From Dehalococcoidia bacterium (lineage in GTDB: Bacteria; Chloroflexota; Dehalococcoidia; UBA2979), in contig CBDHDI010000012.1 of NCBI GenBank assembly GCA_965261685.1, positions 2,426-66,425 on the forward strand: 64,000 bases of DNA, written 5' to 3'. Made by a program: the position numbers and the translations under genes. Positions 17,063 to 26,155 of this stretch are shown one piece after another. Numbering within the stretch: the stretch's first letter is position 1; each line of letters begins with the position of its first letter. The notes under the pieces are model-generated. The model was not told the origin of the DNA and searched no databases. It saw nothing but the letters and a program-made list of their open reading frames with translations.

Positions 17063-18328
17063 CTAGAGAGCAATTCCTTCGCAGTCCACAGGGACAGTCG
17101 CCGGACCCCGGATACTCACTGCTCCGGCGGGAAGCAGGAGGTACAGTTCGTCATCCTCGAGGCTTGTCTCACCGTCTAGGCAGTGCTCGTTGTCGACGAA
17201 CAAGACGTAGCACACGCGACCACGCTTCCGACTCGACTGATACATGATTCCATCGATCGGCATCATCCCTTCCTCAGCGCTGAACACGCGGCGGAAGTAC
17301 TCGGTAACGATTTGTGTTGGCACATACTCAATGTGCTCCTGGCCATCCTTCCGAATCGGTTCAGCAATGGCTCTGCCGAACTCTTCGAGGAGGCGGACCT
17401 TCTCCCGCAACGGCCTGACTGATTCATCAAAGAGGCTCGGGAGAGGGTTCTGGCCAGTGAGGTCGATGAGGCGAAGAGGCCGCGATGGCTTGAACGCGGC
17501 AACGCTTGCTTTCGCGGTCCCGGAGGGATCCCGCGATTCCTCGTAGACTTCGGCAATAGCCGTGCTCTCATTATCCGACGCATAGAACATCGGGATTCCA
17601 GCCGGACTCATCCGGTTCGCTGCAGTTGCGTGCTCGAGTGGTGCTGTCCCAATCTCCTGAGCGCTCCCAAACGTGTTGCCGTGAAGGGAGAGGCGGGCTC
17701 GGTAGAACGTCTGGTCCGTTCCAATCTCCCGAATGAGTCCCAGCGTGCGAACCGCCTCGCCCACATATGCGGGCGTCTCACTGACGCTCATCCCATTGCC
17801 AGACACGGGTCCACCGCCAGTCTCGTCGGCAGGTTCAGTTGGGAAGTAGTAGCGGCTCTGGTGTTTCACATGGGCTACGAAGTGTCGCCACCCGGAGATG
17901 AACTCCTGACTCTCTGACAATCCGTAGGGATCGCGGGGGCAAAACATGCGACCATCAAATGAATCGGCGAATTCGAAGTAGAGCTTCTCGCTATTGAATA
18001 ATGCTAGGTCTTCAACCAATTCGTAGCTGTCAGACCAGATCCCAACTAGCGTCTTGTCTTCACTGTCGTAGGGGTACCAGTTGTTGGCTTCGTCGTACTC
18101 GGCCGACAACCCCTCGTTCATGAAGGCGAACAGGTCGTTAACGGGGACGGCCAGCGGTACCTCTCGTGAGGAGCGGTCACAGTAGGTGCAGGCGTGCTCG
18201 CTGGCGCTACATTGAATCCATTCCTTCAAAAAGGGCTCCTCGACACACTCATCGCAAGCGAAAGCGTCGTCTACGAATGTCCAGCCCTGCAGTTCCTGTC
18301 GGGTCAAGCGATCCTTGGCGAAACCCAC
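17063..18328 (-). CDS. RES-domain protein with Cys-rich N-terminal module (HEPN/RES-NTD1-like), low-GC islet
   Basis: GTG 18328 preceded by gggaggctagct; 421 aa. RES signature: FYRAR...NRMSPAGIPMFYASDNESTAIAEV...YVPTQIV...DGIMYQSSR. The N-terminus carries CDEC-x11-C-x6-CTYC. The upstream part of track ORF 17063..18985 is a shadow of the CoA-transferase. Confidence 0.8.
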   Translation of the reverse strand: MGFAKDRLTRQELQGWTFVDDAFACDECVEEPFLKEWIQCSASEHACTYCDRSSREVPLAVPVNDLFAFMNEGLSAEYDEANNWYPYDSEDKTLVGIWSDSYELVEDLALFNSEKLYFEFADSFDGRMFCPRDPYGLSESQEFISGWRHFVAHVKHQSRYYFPTEPADETGGGPVSGNGMSVSETPAYVGEAVRTLGLIREIGTDQTFYRARLSLHGNTFGSAQEIGTAPLEHATAANRMSPAGIPMFYASDNESTAIAEVYEESRDPSGTAKASVAAFKPSRPLRLIDLTGQNPLPSLFDESVRPLREKVRLLEEFGRAIAEPIRKDGQEHIEYVPTQIVTEYFRRVFSAEEGMMPIDGIMYQSSRKRGRVCYVLFVDNEHCLDGETSLEDDELYLLLPAGAVSIRGPATVPVDCEGIAL

Positions 18329-18360
18329 AGCTAGCCTCCCGGCAGCATCAGCCAGGCCGC

Positions 18361-19725
18361 CTACGTAGCGTCGTCGAGGTAGCGGTCGCCGATAATGTCG
18401 GTGTCGAGGAGTTGGGCGTAGCGCTCGTCGCTGACGCCGAGGAGGTCCTGCAGCACCTCGCGGTTGTGCTGGCCGAGCAGCGGGGCGTGGCTGCGGATGC
18501 GCAGCGGGCGCTCGCGGAAGCGCGCGACCGGGGCCGGGTAGCTGTGCGTGCCCGCCGCCGGGTGGTCGACTTCCTGCCAGAAGCCGCGCTCCCGCAGGTG
18601 CTCGTTCTCGCGCAGCTCCTCCTGACGCAGCAGCTCGGCGGCAGGCACGCCCGCGGCCTGCAGCCGCTCCATCAGCTTGCGCGCTACGTGCTGCGAGGTC
18701 CACGCCTCGATCAGCGGCTCGAGCTCGTCCTGATGCTCGTAGCGCACCTCGAGGGTGGCGAAGCGCGGGTCGCCGGCCAGTTCCGGCTCGCCCATCTCGG
18801 CGGCGAGCGCGGCGAACTGCTCGTCGCTGGCGACGGCGATCGCGATCCAGCGGCGGCGGCTCGACTCGGTCTGCTCGCCCGGCGCGTCCGCGCAGCGGAA
18901 TACGCCGCTCGGCGCCTTCGAGGGGTGGCGGTTGCCGAAGGTGCTCCGCACGCGCCCGTTGAACGAGTAGTCCATCAGCGCCCACGAGATGTGGTGCAGC
19001 CCGGCCTCGACGTGCGAGAGGTCGATCATCTGCCCTCGACCCGTCCGCTCGCGCGCGAACAGCGCCGCCTGGACGGCGAAGGCGACGTGGATGCCGGCGT
19101 TGGGGTCGCCGTGCGCGAGGCCGGGGGTGAAGGAGGGATCGCTGTCGCGATAGCCTCGCAGGTAGGTGTGGCCGCCGAGCGCGTCCATGGTGGGCGCGAA
19201 GCCCTTGAACCTGCGGTAGGGGCCGGTCGTCCCGAAGCCGGGGAAGCGAGCCTGGATGATGCGCGGATTGAGCTCGGCGAGCCGCGGGTAGTCCAGCCCG
19301 AACTTCTCGACGACGCCCACTGCGTTGTTCTCGATGTAGACGTCGGAGACGCGCACCAGATCGCGCAGCAGCCCGATGCCGTCGGGCCGCTCGATGTCCA
19401 GCGTGATGCTCTTGTGGTTGCGCTTGGAGTAGTTGAAGTGGGCGTTGCGGTTCCAGAAGCCCTCGCTCGGGTCGCGGTCCCTGTAGAGCGCGCCGAAGGG
19501 GCCCTGCAGGTAGAGCTCGGGCAGGTTGCGATAGTTCGAGCGCGTCGGGTTGACGTGCTGGATCGACTCGATCTCGATCACCTCGGCTCCGAGGTCGGCG
19601 AGGATCAGGCTGGCCGCCGGCCCCGCCCAGACGATCGCCTGCGAGAGCACGCGCACGCCCTCGAGGGGCAGCCTCGCCCCGGAGCGGGGTGCGGGCGCGG
19701 CGCCGGATGCTCCGTCAGACGACAT
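18361..19725 (-). CDS. Family III CoA-transferase (CaiB/BaiF)
   Basis: 454 aa with LEGVRVLSQAIVWAGPAASLILADLGAEVIEIES. Confidence 0.85.
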   Translation of the reverse strand: MSSDGASGAAPAPRSGARLPLEGVRVLSQAIVWAGPAASLILADLGAEVIEIESIQHVNPTRSNYRNLPELYLQGPFGALYRDRDPSEGFWNRNAHFNYSKRNHKSITLDIERPDGIGLLRDLVRVSDVYIENNAVGVVEKFGLDYPRLAELNPRIIQARFPGFGTTGPYRRFKGFAPTMDALGGHTYLRGYRDSDPSFTPGLAHGDPNAGIHVAFAVQAALFARERTGRGQMIDLSHVEAGLHHISWALMDYSFNGRVRSTFGNRHPSKAPSGVFRCADAPGEQTESSRRRWIAIAVASDEQFAALAAEMGEPELAGDPRFATLEVRYEHQDELEPLIEAWTSQHVARKLMERLQAAGVPAAELLRQEELRENEHLRERGFWQEVDHPAAGTHSYPAPVARFRERPLRIRSHAPLLGQHNREVLQDLLGVSDERYAQLLDTDIIGDRYLDDAT

Positions 19726-20938
19726 TGCGCTGCCTCAGGATCGAGACGTCCTCGGGGCTGTAGCCGAGCTGCTCTGTGAGCACCTGCGTGGTGTGCTCGC
19801 CGAGCAGCGGCGCGCGGCGGATCGAGGCGGGCGTCTCGCTCATCTTGAACTGCGCGCCGGGGTACTCGCGCGGGCCGGTCTCCGGGTGGTCGAGCTCGAC
19901 GAAGTAGCCGCGCGCGCGCAGCTGCCGGTCGGCAAAGAGATCGGCGGTGGTGTTGAGCGCGGCGACGGGCACGCCCTGCGCCTGCGCGGCGTCCATCACC
20001 TCGATCTTGGTGCGCTCCAGCAGCCAGGGGTAGATCAGCGCGTCGATCTGCGGTCCGAACGCCGGGTCGAGCAGGTTGTCCGAGTAGCTGCTGTCGTCGA
20101 TCAGATCCTCGCGGCCGACCATGCGGCAGAAGCGGTCCCACCAGTAGGGGTAGCAGAGGAAGTTGACGTAGCCGTCCTTGCAGGGCAGCTGGCCGCCGTA
20201 GACGCCGATGGGGAAGGCGCTGGCGCGCAGGTTGCAGTTCTCGGTGACGAACAGCTCGCCGCCGTAGGAGTAGGCCATCAGGTTCTGCGAGGCGCGGTCG
20301 AGCGAGCTGGCGAGGATCTCCTGGATCGAGAGGTCGACGCGCTCGCCCTCGCCGAAGCGCACGCTCGAGGTGATCGCGCCGAGGCTGTAGGAGGCGGACA
20401 TCGCTCCGGCGAGGAAGAGCGGGGCGTAGAGCCAGGGGCGGGTCGGCTCGCGGCCGGGGTAGGCGGTGATGGCGAGCCCGCCGCCCATCGCGTAGAGCAG
20501 CATGTCGTCCGCCTCGAAGTCGCGGTACGGCCCGTGCTGCCCGAAGTTCGAGATCGAGACGAGCGCGGCGGCGGGGTTCAGCTCGGCGAGCTGCTCCTCG
20601 CTCAGGCCGAGGCGGGCGAGCGTGCCGGGCCGGAAGTTCTCGACGACGGCGTCGCTGTCGGCGGCGAGGCGGCGCAGGATCCGCTGTCCGCTCTCGGTCT
20701 TGAGGTTGAGCGTGAGGCTGCGCTTGCCGGTGTTGAGGTCGAGGAAAAGGCCGCTGCGCTCGGGGTGCGGCTCGTCGTCGGGGAAGGGGCCGGCGCGCCG
20801 CGCCGGGTCGCCGCCCTCGGGGCGCTCGATCTTGAGCACGTCGGCGCCGTAGTCGCTGAGCAGCTTGGTGCAGTAGGGGCCGGCGACCCCCTGCGTGAGG
20901 TCGAGGATCCGCAGTCCCTCGAGGGCGCCCTCGCTCAT
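19715..20938 (-). CDS. Family III CoA-transferase (CaiB/BaiF)
   Basis: Internal ATG 20938 preceded by gggaggagcagcg. The sequence reads MSEGALEGLRILDLTQGVAGPYCTKLLSDYGADVLKIERPEGGDP. Confidence 0.85.
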   Translation of the reverse strand: MSEGALEGLRILDLTQGVAGPYCTKLLSDYGADVLKIERPEGGDPARRAGPFPDDEPHPERSGLFLDLNTGKRSLTLNLKTESGQRILRRLAADSDAVVENFRPGTLARLGLSEEQLAELNPAAALVSISNFGQHGPYRDFEADDMLLYAMGGGLAITAYPGREPTRPWLYAPLFLAGAMSASYSLGAITSSVRFGEGERVDLSIQEILASSLDRASQNLMAYSYGGELFVTENCNLRASAFPIGVYGGQLPCKDGYVNFLCYPYWWDRFCRMVGREDLIDDSSYSDNLLDPAFGPQIDALIYPWLLERTKIEVMDAAQAQGVPVAALNTTADLFADRQLRARGYFVELDHPETGPREYPGAQFKMSETPASIRRAPLLGEHTTQVLTEQLGYSPEDVSILRQRNVV

Positions 20939-21113
20939 CGCTGCTCCTCCCGGACCGCGGCCGCGGCGGTTCCGCGCCCGGACTCGTGAGTCCGGATCGT
21001 GCGCTGGACTATAGATGCAGCGGCGCTTCACGATGAAGCGCGAGGCGGGGACGAGGGGCCGGTGCCCGCCCTCGCGCCCTCGCGGCCCGCCAGCCGGGAT
21101 ACACCCTGTACTC

Positions 21114-21935
21114 ATGGCATACGACCTGGAGATCACCTCACGGGAGTGCGATGGCGAGTCTGACCGCCCGCCGTTGCTGTTCGTGCATGGCGCGGGCCAC
21201 GGCGCGTGGTGCTGGGACGAGCACTTCCTCGACTTCTTCGCCGAGCACGGCTTCGACTCGTACGCGCTGAGCCTGCGCGGCCACGGGGAGAGCGGAGGCC
21301 GCGAGCGGCTGCGCTGGACCTCGATCGCCGACTACGTGCGCGATGTCGAGCAGGTGGCGGCCGGCCTGCCGCGTGAGCCGGTGCTCGTCGGGCACTCGAT
21401 GGGCGGCCTGGTGGTGCAGAAGTACCTCGAGGCGCGCGAGGCGCCCGCCGCCGTGCTGCTCGCGCCGCCGTCGGTGCGCGGACTGCTCGGCTCGGCCCTG
21501 CGGACATTGCGCGAGCATCCGTGGCTCTCGCTGCAGGCGCTCCTCAGCGGGACGGCGCGCAGGCTGTTCGCAACGCCGGAACTCGTCAGCAAGTTCTTCT
21601 TCTCGCCGGAGCTGGGCGAGGAGCAGGTGCGTGAGTACGCGGCCCGCATGGGCAGCGAGTCCCTGCTCGCGCTCCTGCAGCTGATCTACACCCGGCCGGA
21701 CCGCGCACGGTTCCGAGGCACCTCGCTGCTGGTGCTCGGAGCAGCCCGTGACTACTTCATCGGGCCGCCCGCGATTCGGCGCACGGCCGAGGCGTACGAC
21801 GCCGAGGCCTTGATCCTCCCAGGCGTCGCGCACGACTTGATGCTGGATGCTGGCTGGCGTCAGGCCGCCGAGGCGATGCTGGAGTGGCTGCAGCGGACGC
21901 TGGAGCCGGAAGCGCGGGCCGGCGCCGATCAGTAG
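21114..21935 (+). CDS. Alpha/beta hydrolase
   Basis: MAYDLEITSRE...PPLLFVHGAGHGAWCW...LVGHSMGGLVVQ (GxSxG nucleophile elbow). Confidence 0.85.
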   Translation: MAYDLEITSRECDGESDRPPLLFVHGAGHGAWCWDEHFLDFFAEHGFDSYALSLRGHGESGGRERLRWTSIADYVRDVEQVAAGLPREPVLVGHSMGGLVVQKYLEAREAPAAVLLAPPSVRGLLGSALRTLREHPWLSLQALLSGTARRLFATPELVSKFFFSPELGEEQVREYAARMGSESLLALLQLIYTRPDRARFRGTSLLVLGAARDYFIGPPAIRRTAEAYDAEALILPGVAHDLMLDAGWRQAAEAMLEWLQRTLEPEARAGADQ

Positions 21936-22003
21936 GCGCCCTGCGCCTCGAAGATGCGGCGCGGGTTGGCGACGGTCATCGCCTCGATCTGCTCCTCGCC
22001 GAC
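21828..22003. repeat. Direct repeat copy 1: convergent 3' ends of the hydrolase and phosphotriesterase genes
   Basis: ...ctgcagcggacgctggagccggaagcgcgggcc...cagtaggcgccctgcgcctcgaagatgcggcgcgggtt...catcgcctcgatctgctcctcgccgac recurs at 22641..22781. This copy includes a phosphotriesterase C-terminal relic (EEQIEAMTVANPRRIFEAQGAY, ORF 21929..22171). Confidence 0.85.
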
Positions 22004-22019
22004 ACGCTGCTGGTACCAG

Positions 22020-22500
22020 CTATGCCTCTCGCGTGATGCCTGCCAGCCACGCCAGGCTGCTGGCGCCGGTGAGGAAGGCCGCCAGAGGCACGAGCATCGC
22101 AATCTCGTTCCGGATGATGACGTCCGTCCCGCTGTCGCTCCCGCCCGCCTCGGCGTACACGTCCACAGCAAGGAACGCGAGGGTGAGGCCGATGGCCACC
22201 GCCAGCATGGGCAGCGCCGAGAGTCGCCACTGCCGGAACGCCGCCATCACACCGAAAGCGGGCAGTGTCAGGAAGGCGAAGTACACGACCCATTTCCCAT
22301 CCGACACCGGGTAGTTGTCGCGAGTGTCGATGCCTGTGACGTCGGAGAAATAGGATGGATAGTCGACTTGGATGGGGACGGGGATGTGATAGTACGGCAC
22401 CTCGGCGAGGGGGGCGAACACGCCCAGGAGCGCGGCCACCACGCCGAGGGCGGCCAGCCCCAGACACCATCGCTGCGTCGTGGTCAGGGTGGCGATGCCG
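22020..22500 (-). CDS. Hypothetical polytopic membrane protein inside the duplicated junction (start codon unresolved)
   Basis: This is the part of ORF 22020..22646 reading WCLGLAALGVVAALLGVFAPLAEVPYYHIPVPIQVDYPSYFSDVTGIDTRDNYPVSDGKWVVYFAFLTLPAFGVMAAF...LAVAIGLTLAFLAV. The N-terminal 50 codons of the track ORF overlap a phosphotriesterase gene fragment and are probably not coding. Confidence 0.45.
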
Positions 22501-22555
22501 CTCGGGATGGATGGCCCCCTTCGAGGGTGCAGAGTACACAGGTCCCCTCGAGCAC

Positions 22556-22598
22556 GTGCGGCGAGGTGTCGTGACTGAGCGCGATGCGGTCGGCATAG
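22556..22598. repeat. 43-bp internal phosphotriesterase gene fragment
   Basis: gtgcggcgaggtgtcgtgactgagcgcgatgcggtcggcatag compared with 22881..22923 of the intact gene has 3 mismatches. Confidence 0.7.
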
Positions 22599-22640
22599 AG
22601 GCGCGCTGCTGACGCCGAGGCGATGGTGCTTCCGGGCCTC

Positions 22641-22781
22641 GCGCACAACATGATGCTGGAGTGACTGCAGCGGACGCTGGAGCCGGAAGCGCGGGCCGCG
22701 GCCGACTCAGTAGGCGCCCTGCGCCTCGAAGATGCGGCGCGGGTTGCCGGTGGTCATCGCCTCGATCTGCTCCTCGCCGAC
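22641..22781. repeat. Direct repeat copy 2 of the hydrolase/phosphotriesterase 3' junction
   Basis: Matches 21828..22003 but lacks 36 nt lying between two atgctgga motifs in copy 1. Confidence 0.85.
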
Positions 22782-23648
22782 GCCGAGGCGGCGCAGGGCG
22801 GGGACTACGACGTTGGGGACGGTGAGGAAGTTCGCCTCCGGCAGCGCGCGGTCGAGGATCTCGCGAGGCACGCCCTGCATGTGCGGCGAGGTGTCGTGGC
22901 TGAGCACGATGCGGTCGGCGTAGCCGCGCGCACAGAGCTTCGCGATGGTGTCGATCCGCTCCTCGGTGGTCGCGCCGAGGCCGGATCCGAAGCGGTCCAT
23001 CCCGATCGCGCTGCCGCGCTCCATCAGCCCGCTCAGGTAGTCGAGGTCCGTCGAGTCGCCGGAGTGGCCGATCACGACGCGCGTGAGGTCGACGCCCTCG
23101 GCGGCGAAGACGCGCTGCTGGTCGGCCCCGGAGCCGGCGAACGGGTTGCTGTGCGTCATGATCGGGACGCCGCTCGCGCGGTGCGCGAGCGCGATGGCGC
23201 GCAGTTGCAGCTCGTCGTCCGGTTCGTACTCCTCGGTGGCGATCTTGAGCGTGCCCGCCCGGATGCTCGTGCCGGCGATGCCGACCTTGATGTCGTGCAG
23301 GTAGAGCTCCACGACGGGGTCCGGCGTCCTGCGGCGGAAGTAGTTCGGCACCCTGAGGTGCACGCCCGTGGCGGCGATCACGTGCAGCTCCGTCCGCTCC
23401 GCCACCTCGGCCATCAGCCGGATATCGCGCGCGAGGTCCACGGTCGTCACGTCGACGATCGTGTCGACGCCGGCCGCGCGCGCCTGCTCGCAGAAGGCGG
23501 CGGCGGCGGCGACCTCGGCCTCGCGGTCGAAGAGCTGCGGGTAGTTGGCGTAGAGCGCGGGTGTCTGGAGGAAGAGATGCTCGTGCATGAGCGTGAAGCC
23601 GAGCGCGCTCGTCTCCAGCTCGCCGCGCAGTGTGGGAACCGTCGCCAT
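22707..23648 (-). CDS. Phosphotriesterase-family (PTE/PHP) metal-dependent hydrolase
   Basis: ATG 23648 after gggagg. The sequence reads MATVPTLRGELETSALGFTLMHEHLF...VDTIVDVTT...ELHVIAATG...IGHSGDS... Confidence 0.85.
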   Translation of the reverse strand: MATVPTLRGELETSALGFTLMHEHLFLQTPALYANYPQLFDREAEVAAAAAFCEQARAAGVDTIVDVTTVDLARDIRLMAEVAERTELHVIAATGVHLRVPNYFRRRTPDPVVELYLHDIKVGIAGTSIRAGTLKIATEEYEPDDELQLRAIALAHRASGVPIMTHSNPFAGSGADQQRVFAAEGVDLTRVVIGHSGDSTDLDYLSGLMERGSAIGMDRFGSGLGATTEERIDTIAKLCARGYADRIVLSHDTSPHMQGVPREILDRALPEANFLTVPNVVVPALRRLGVGEEQIEAMTTGNPRRIFEAQGAY

Positions 23649-23755
23649 GCCGCGCACCTCCCGTTGCGCCGCGCATGGTAGCCCCGCGCCGCCCCCTGCG
23701 GCGGCGGGCCGTATGATTCCAGCGACTTCGGAAGAGGGTTCGGAGAGGGGCTGAC

Positions 23756-24139
23756 ATGCCGATTGACGGGTTCGAGGCTGGGCTCAAGGTGCGGCGCGAG
23801 GTGCTGGGCGACGAGTACGTCGATCGGGCGTTCGAGGGCGTCACGGACTTCGATCGCGGGTTCCAGGAGTTCGTGACCGCGGTCGCCTGGGGCCAGATCT
23901 GGACGAGCGAGACGTTGAGCCGCCGCGACCGTAGCCTGCTGAATCTCGGGATGCTCGCGGCCGTCGGTCGCTCGACCGAGCTGGCGACGCACGTGCGCGC
24001 GGGACTCGGCAACGGCCTCACACCGGCGGAGATCGCCGAGGTGTTCCGGCAGGTCGCGGTCTACTGCGGCGCCCCCGCCGCGCTCGAGGCGATGCGCATC
24101 GCCAAGCAGGTGCTGCGCGACCAGGGCCTGGACGCGTGA
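23756..24139 (+). CDS. Carboxymuconolactone decarboxylase family protein (PcaC-like)
   Basis: 127 aa with FQEFVTAVAWGQIWTSETLSRRDRSLLNLGMLAAVGRSTELATHVRAGLGNGLTPAEIAEVFRQVAVYCGAPAA. Confidence 0.9.
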   Translation: MPIDGFEAGLKVRREVLGDEYVDRAFEGVTDFDRGFQEFVTAVAWGQIWTSETLSRRDRSLLNLGMLAAVGRSTELATHVRAGLGNGLTPAEIAEVFRQVAVYCGAPAALEAMRIAKQVLRDQGLDA

Positions 24140-25389
24140 CCGCGCCAGCCACCGGCATGGTCGCCATCACCGGCGTCACGCTGATCGACGGCACGGGCGC
24201 CGACCCCGTGCCGGGCGCGAGCCTGGTGATCGAGGACGGGCGCATCGCGAGCGTCGGCAGCCTCGACCGGTTGCCGCAGGACGCCGAGGTGATCGACGCC
24301 TCGGGGATGACGCTGCTGCCGGGGCTGATCGACTCGCACGTGCACTTCTACAGCTCGTGGAAGTCGATGCAGCAGCGCGCGCTGACGCCGCCGACGCTCG
24401 CGACCTTCGAGGCCGCGCAGAACGCGCTCGCCACCCTCGACGCCGGGTTCACCGCCGTGCGCGAGGCGTCCGGATCGCCGGCCGGCTTCAAGCTCGCGGT
24501 CGAGCGCGGGCTGATTCCGGGGCCGCGCATGCGCATCGCCGTCGGGGCGCTCTCGCAGACGGGCGGCCACGGCGACGGCGTGCTGCCGAGCGGCGTGCGC
24601 TTCTGGCGGCACTGGGGCCCGGAGTGGATCGAGACGATCTGCGACGGCCCGGACGAGGTGCGCAAGACCGTACGCGCCCTGCTCCGCGTCGGCGCGGACT
24701 TCATCAAGCTGCACGCCACCGGCGGCGTGATGTCGCCCTCGGACGAGCCCGGCTCGCCGCAGTTCACCGAGGAAGAGATCGCCGTGATGGTCTACGAGGC
24801 GCGCATGGTCGGGAAGACCTGCATGGCGCACGCGCAGGCCACCGCGGGCATCAAGAACGCCGTGCGCGCGGGCGTCGAGTCGATCGAGCACGGCTTCTAC
24901 CTCGACGACGAGGCGATCGCGATGATGAAGGAGCGCGGCGCCTTCCTGGTGCCGACGATCCACGCGCCTCGCAGCATCGTGCTGCGCGAGGAGGCCACGC
25001 CGGAGTCGGTGCTGCCGCAGTCGCTGCGCAAGGCCTACGAGGTGATCGACGCGAACGCGGAGAGCTTCCGCGCGGCGCACGAGGCGGGCGTGCGGATCGC
25101 GATGGGCACGGACGCGGGCGTCGGCGTGCACGGCACGAACGCCTGGGAGCTGGAGCTGATGGCGCAGCACGGCATGACGCCGCTGGAGGCGATCGTCGCG
25201 ACCACGAAGACCGCCTCCGAGTGCATCCACATGGCGGACGAGATCGGCACCCTCGAGCCGGGCAAGCTCGCCGACCTGATCCTCGTCGACGGCGACCCGC
25301 TCGAGGACATCACGCTGCTGCAGGACCAGGAGCGGCTGCGGCTGATCATGCAGGGCGGCCGCGCGCACAAGGACACGCTCGCGGCCTGA
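24136..25389 (+). CDS. Amidohydrolase family protein
   Basis: The GTG start overlaps the upstream stop. Sequence includes LIDGTGADP...LPGLIDSHVHF...HAQA...GTDAG. Confidence 0.85.
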   Translation: MTAPATGMVAITGVTLIDGTGADPVPGASLVIEDGRIASVGSLDRLPQDAEVIDASGMTLLPGLIDSHVHFYSSWKSMQQRALTPPTLATFEAAQNALATLDAGFTAVREASGSPAGFKLAVERGLIPGPRMRIAVGALSQTGGHGDGVLPSGVRFWRHWGPEWIETICDGPDEVRKTVRALLRVGADFIKLHATGGVMSPSDEPGSPQFTEEEIAVMVYEARMVGKTCMAHAQATAGIKNAVRAGVESIEHGFYLDDEAIAMMKERGAFLVPTIHAPRSIVLREEATPESVLPQSLRKAYEVIDANAESFRAAHEAGVRIAMGTDAGVGVHGTNAWELELMAQHGMTPLEAIVATTKTASECIHMADEIGTLEPGKLADLILVDGDPLEDITLLQDQERLRLIMQGGRAHKDTLAA

Positions 25390-25419
25390 CGCGGGCGGGC
25401 GTCGCGAGGGGAGTGCCCG

Positions 25420-26100
25420 GTGGCTGTGTCCTCGGCGGATCTGGTGCTGCTCTTCGACGTCGATCACACGCTGATCGACGGCGCGGCGGTGAAGGCAGGG
25501 CTGGACGCGGCGATCGCGGCGGCCGCCGGCCCCGAGGGCGTCCGGCGCTTCTGGCAGGCGTACGAGGCGGTCCGCGGCGAGCTCGGCCTCGTTGATCTCC
25601 CCGAGACCCTTGAGCGCTTCGCGCGCGAGGCCGGCGACGCTTCCCTCGGCGACGCGGTCCGGAAGGCGGTCTGGAACCTCGACTTCGCGGGCTGCCTCTT
25701 CCCGGGCGCGCTCGACGCCGTGGAGCACGCGCGCGGCCTCGGCCTGCCGGTGATTGCCTCGGACGGCGACGAGCGCTTCCAGCGCCACAAGATCCGCGCA
25801 TCCGGCCTCGATGCGGCGTTCGAGGGCCGCGTGCTGATCTTCGAGCACAAGGAGCAGGAGACCGAGGCGATCCGCGCGCGCTACCCGGCCCGCCGCTACG
25901 TGCTGATCGAAGACAAGCCGCGCATCCTTGCAGCCGTGAAGTCCGCCCTCGGCGACCTCGTCACGACGGTGCTGGTGGAGCAGGGCCCGTACGCTGGCGC
26001 GGGCGTCGCCGAAGGCGAGCCGCCGCCGGACGTTCGCCTGCCCTCGATCGCTGCGTTCAGCCGGTTGGATGCGGCGGCGCTGCGTGCGGGGGCGAGCTAG
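25420..26100 (+). CDS. HAD-superfamily hydrolase
   Basis: LLFDVDHTLIDG (DxDxT motif); 226 aa. Confidence 0.65.
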   Translation: MAVSSADLVLLFDVDHTLIDGAAVKAGLDAAIAAAAGPEGVRRFWQAYEAVRGELGLVDLPETLERFAREAGDASLGDAVRKAVWNLDFAGCLFPGALDAVEHARGLGLPVIASDGDERFQRHKIRASGLDAAFEGRVLIFEHKEQETEAIRARYPARRYVLIEDKPRILAAVKSALGDLVTTVLVEQGPYAGAGVAEGEPPPDVRLPSIAAFSRLDAAALRAGAS

Positions 26101-26155
26101 AGGTCAACCCGCCGGCAGCGGCGGGCGAGGAGCGCGACAAGGCCGGGAGGCTCAC

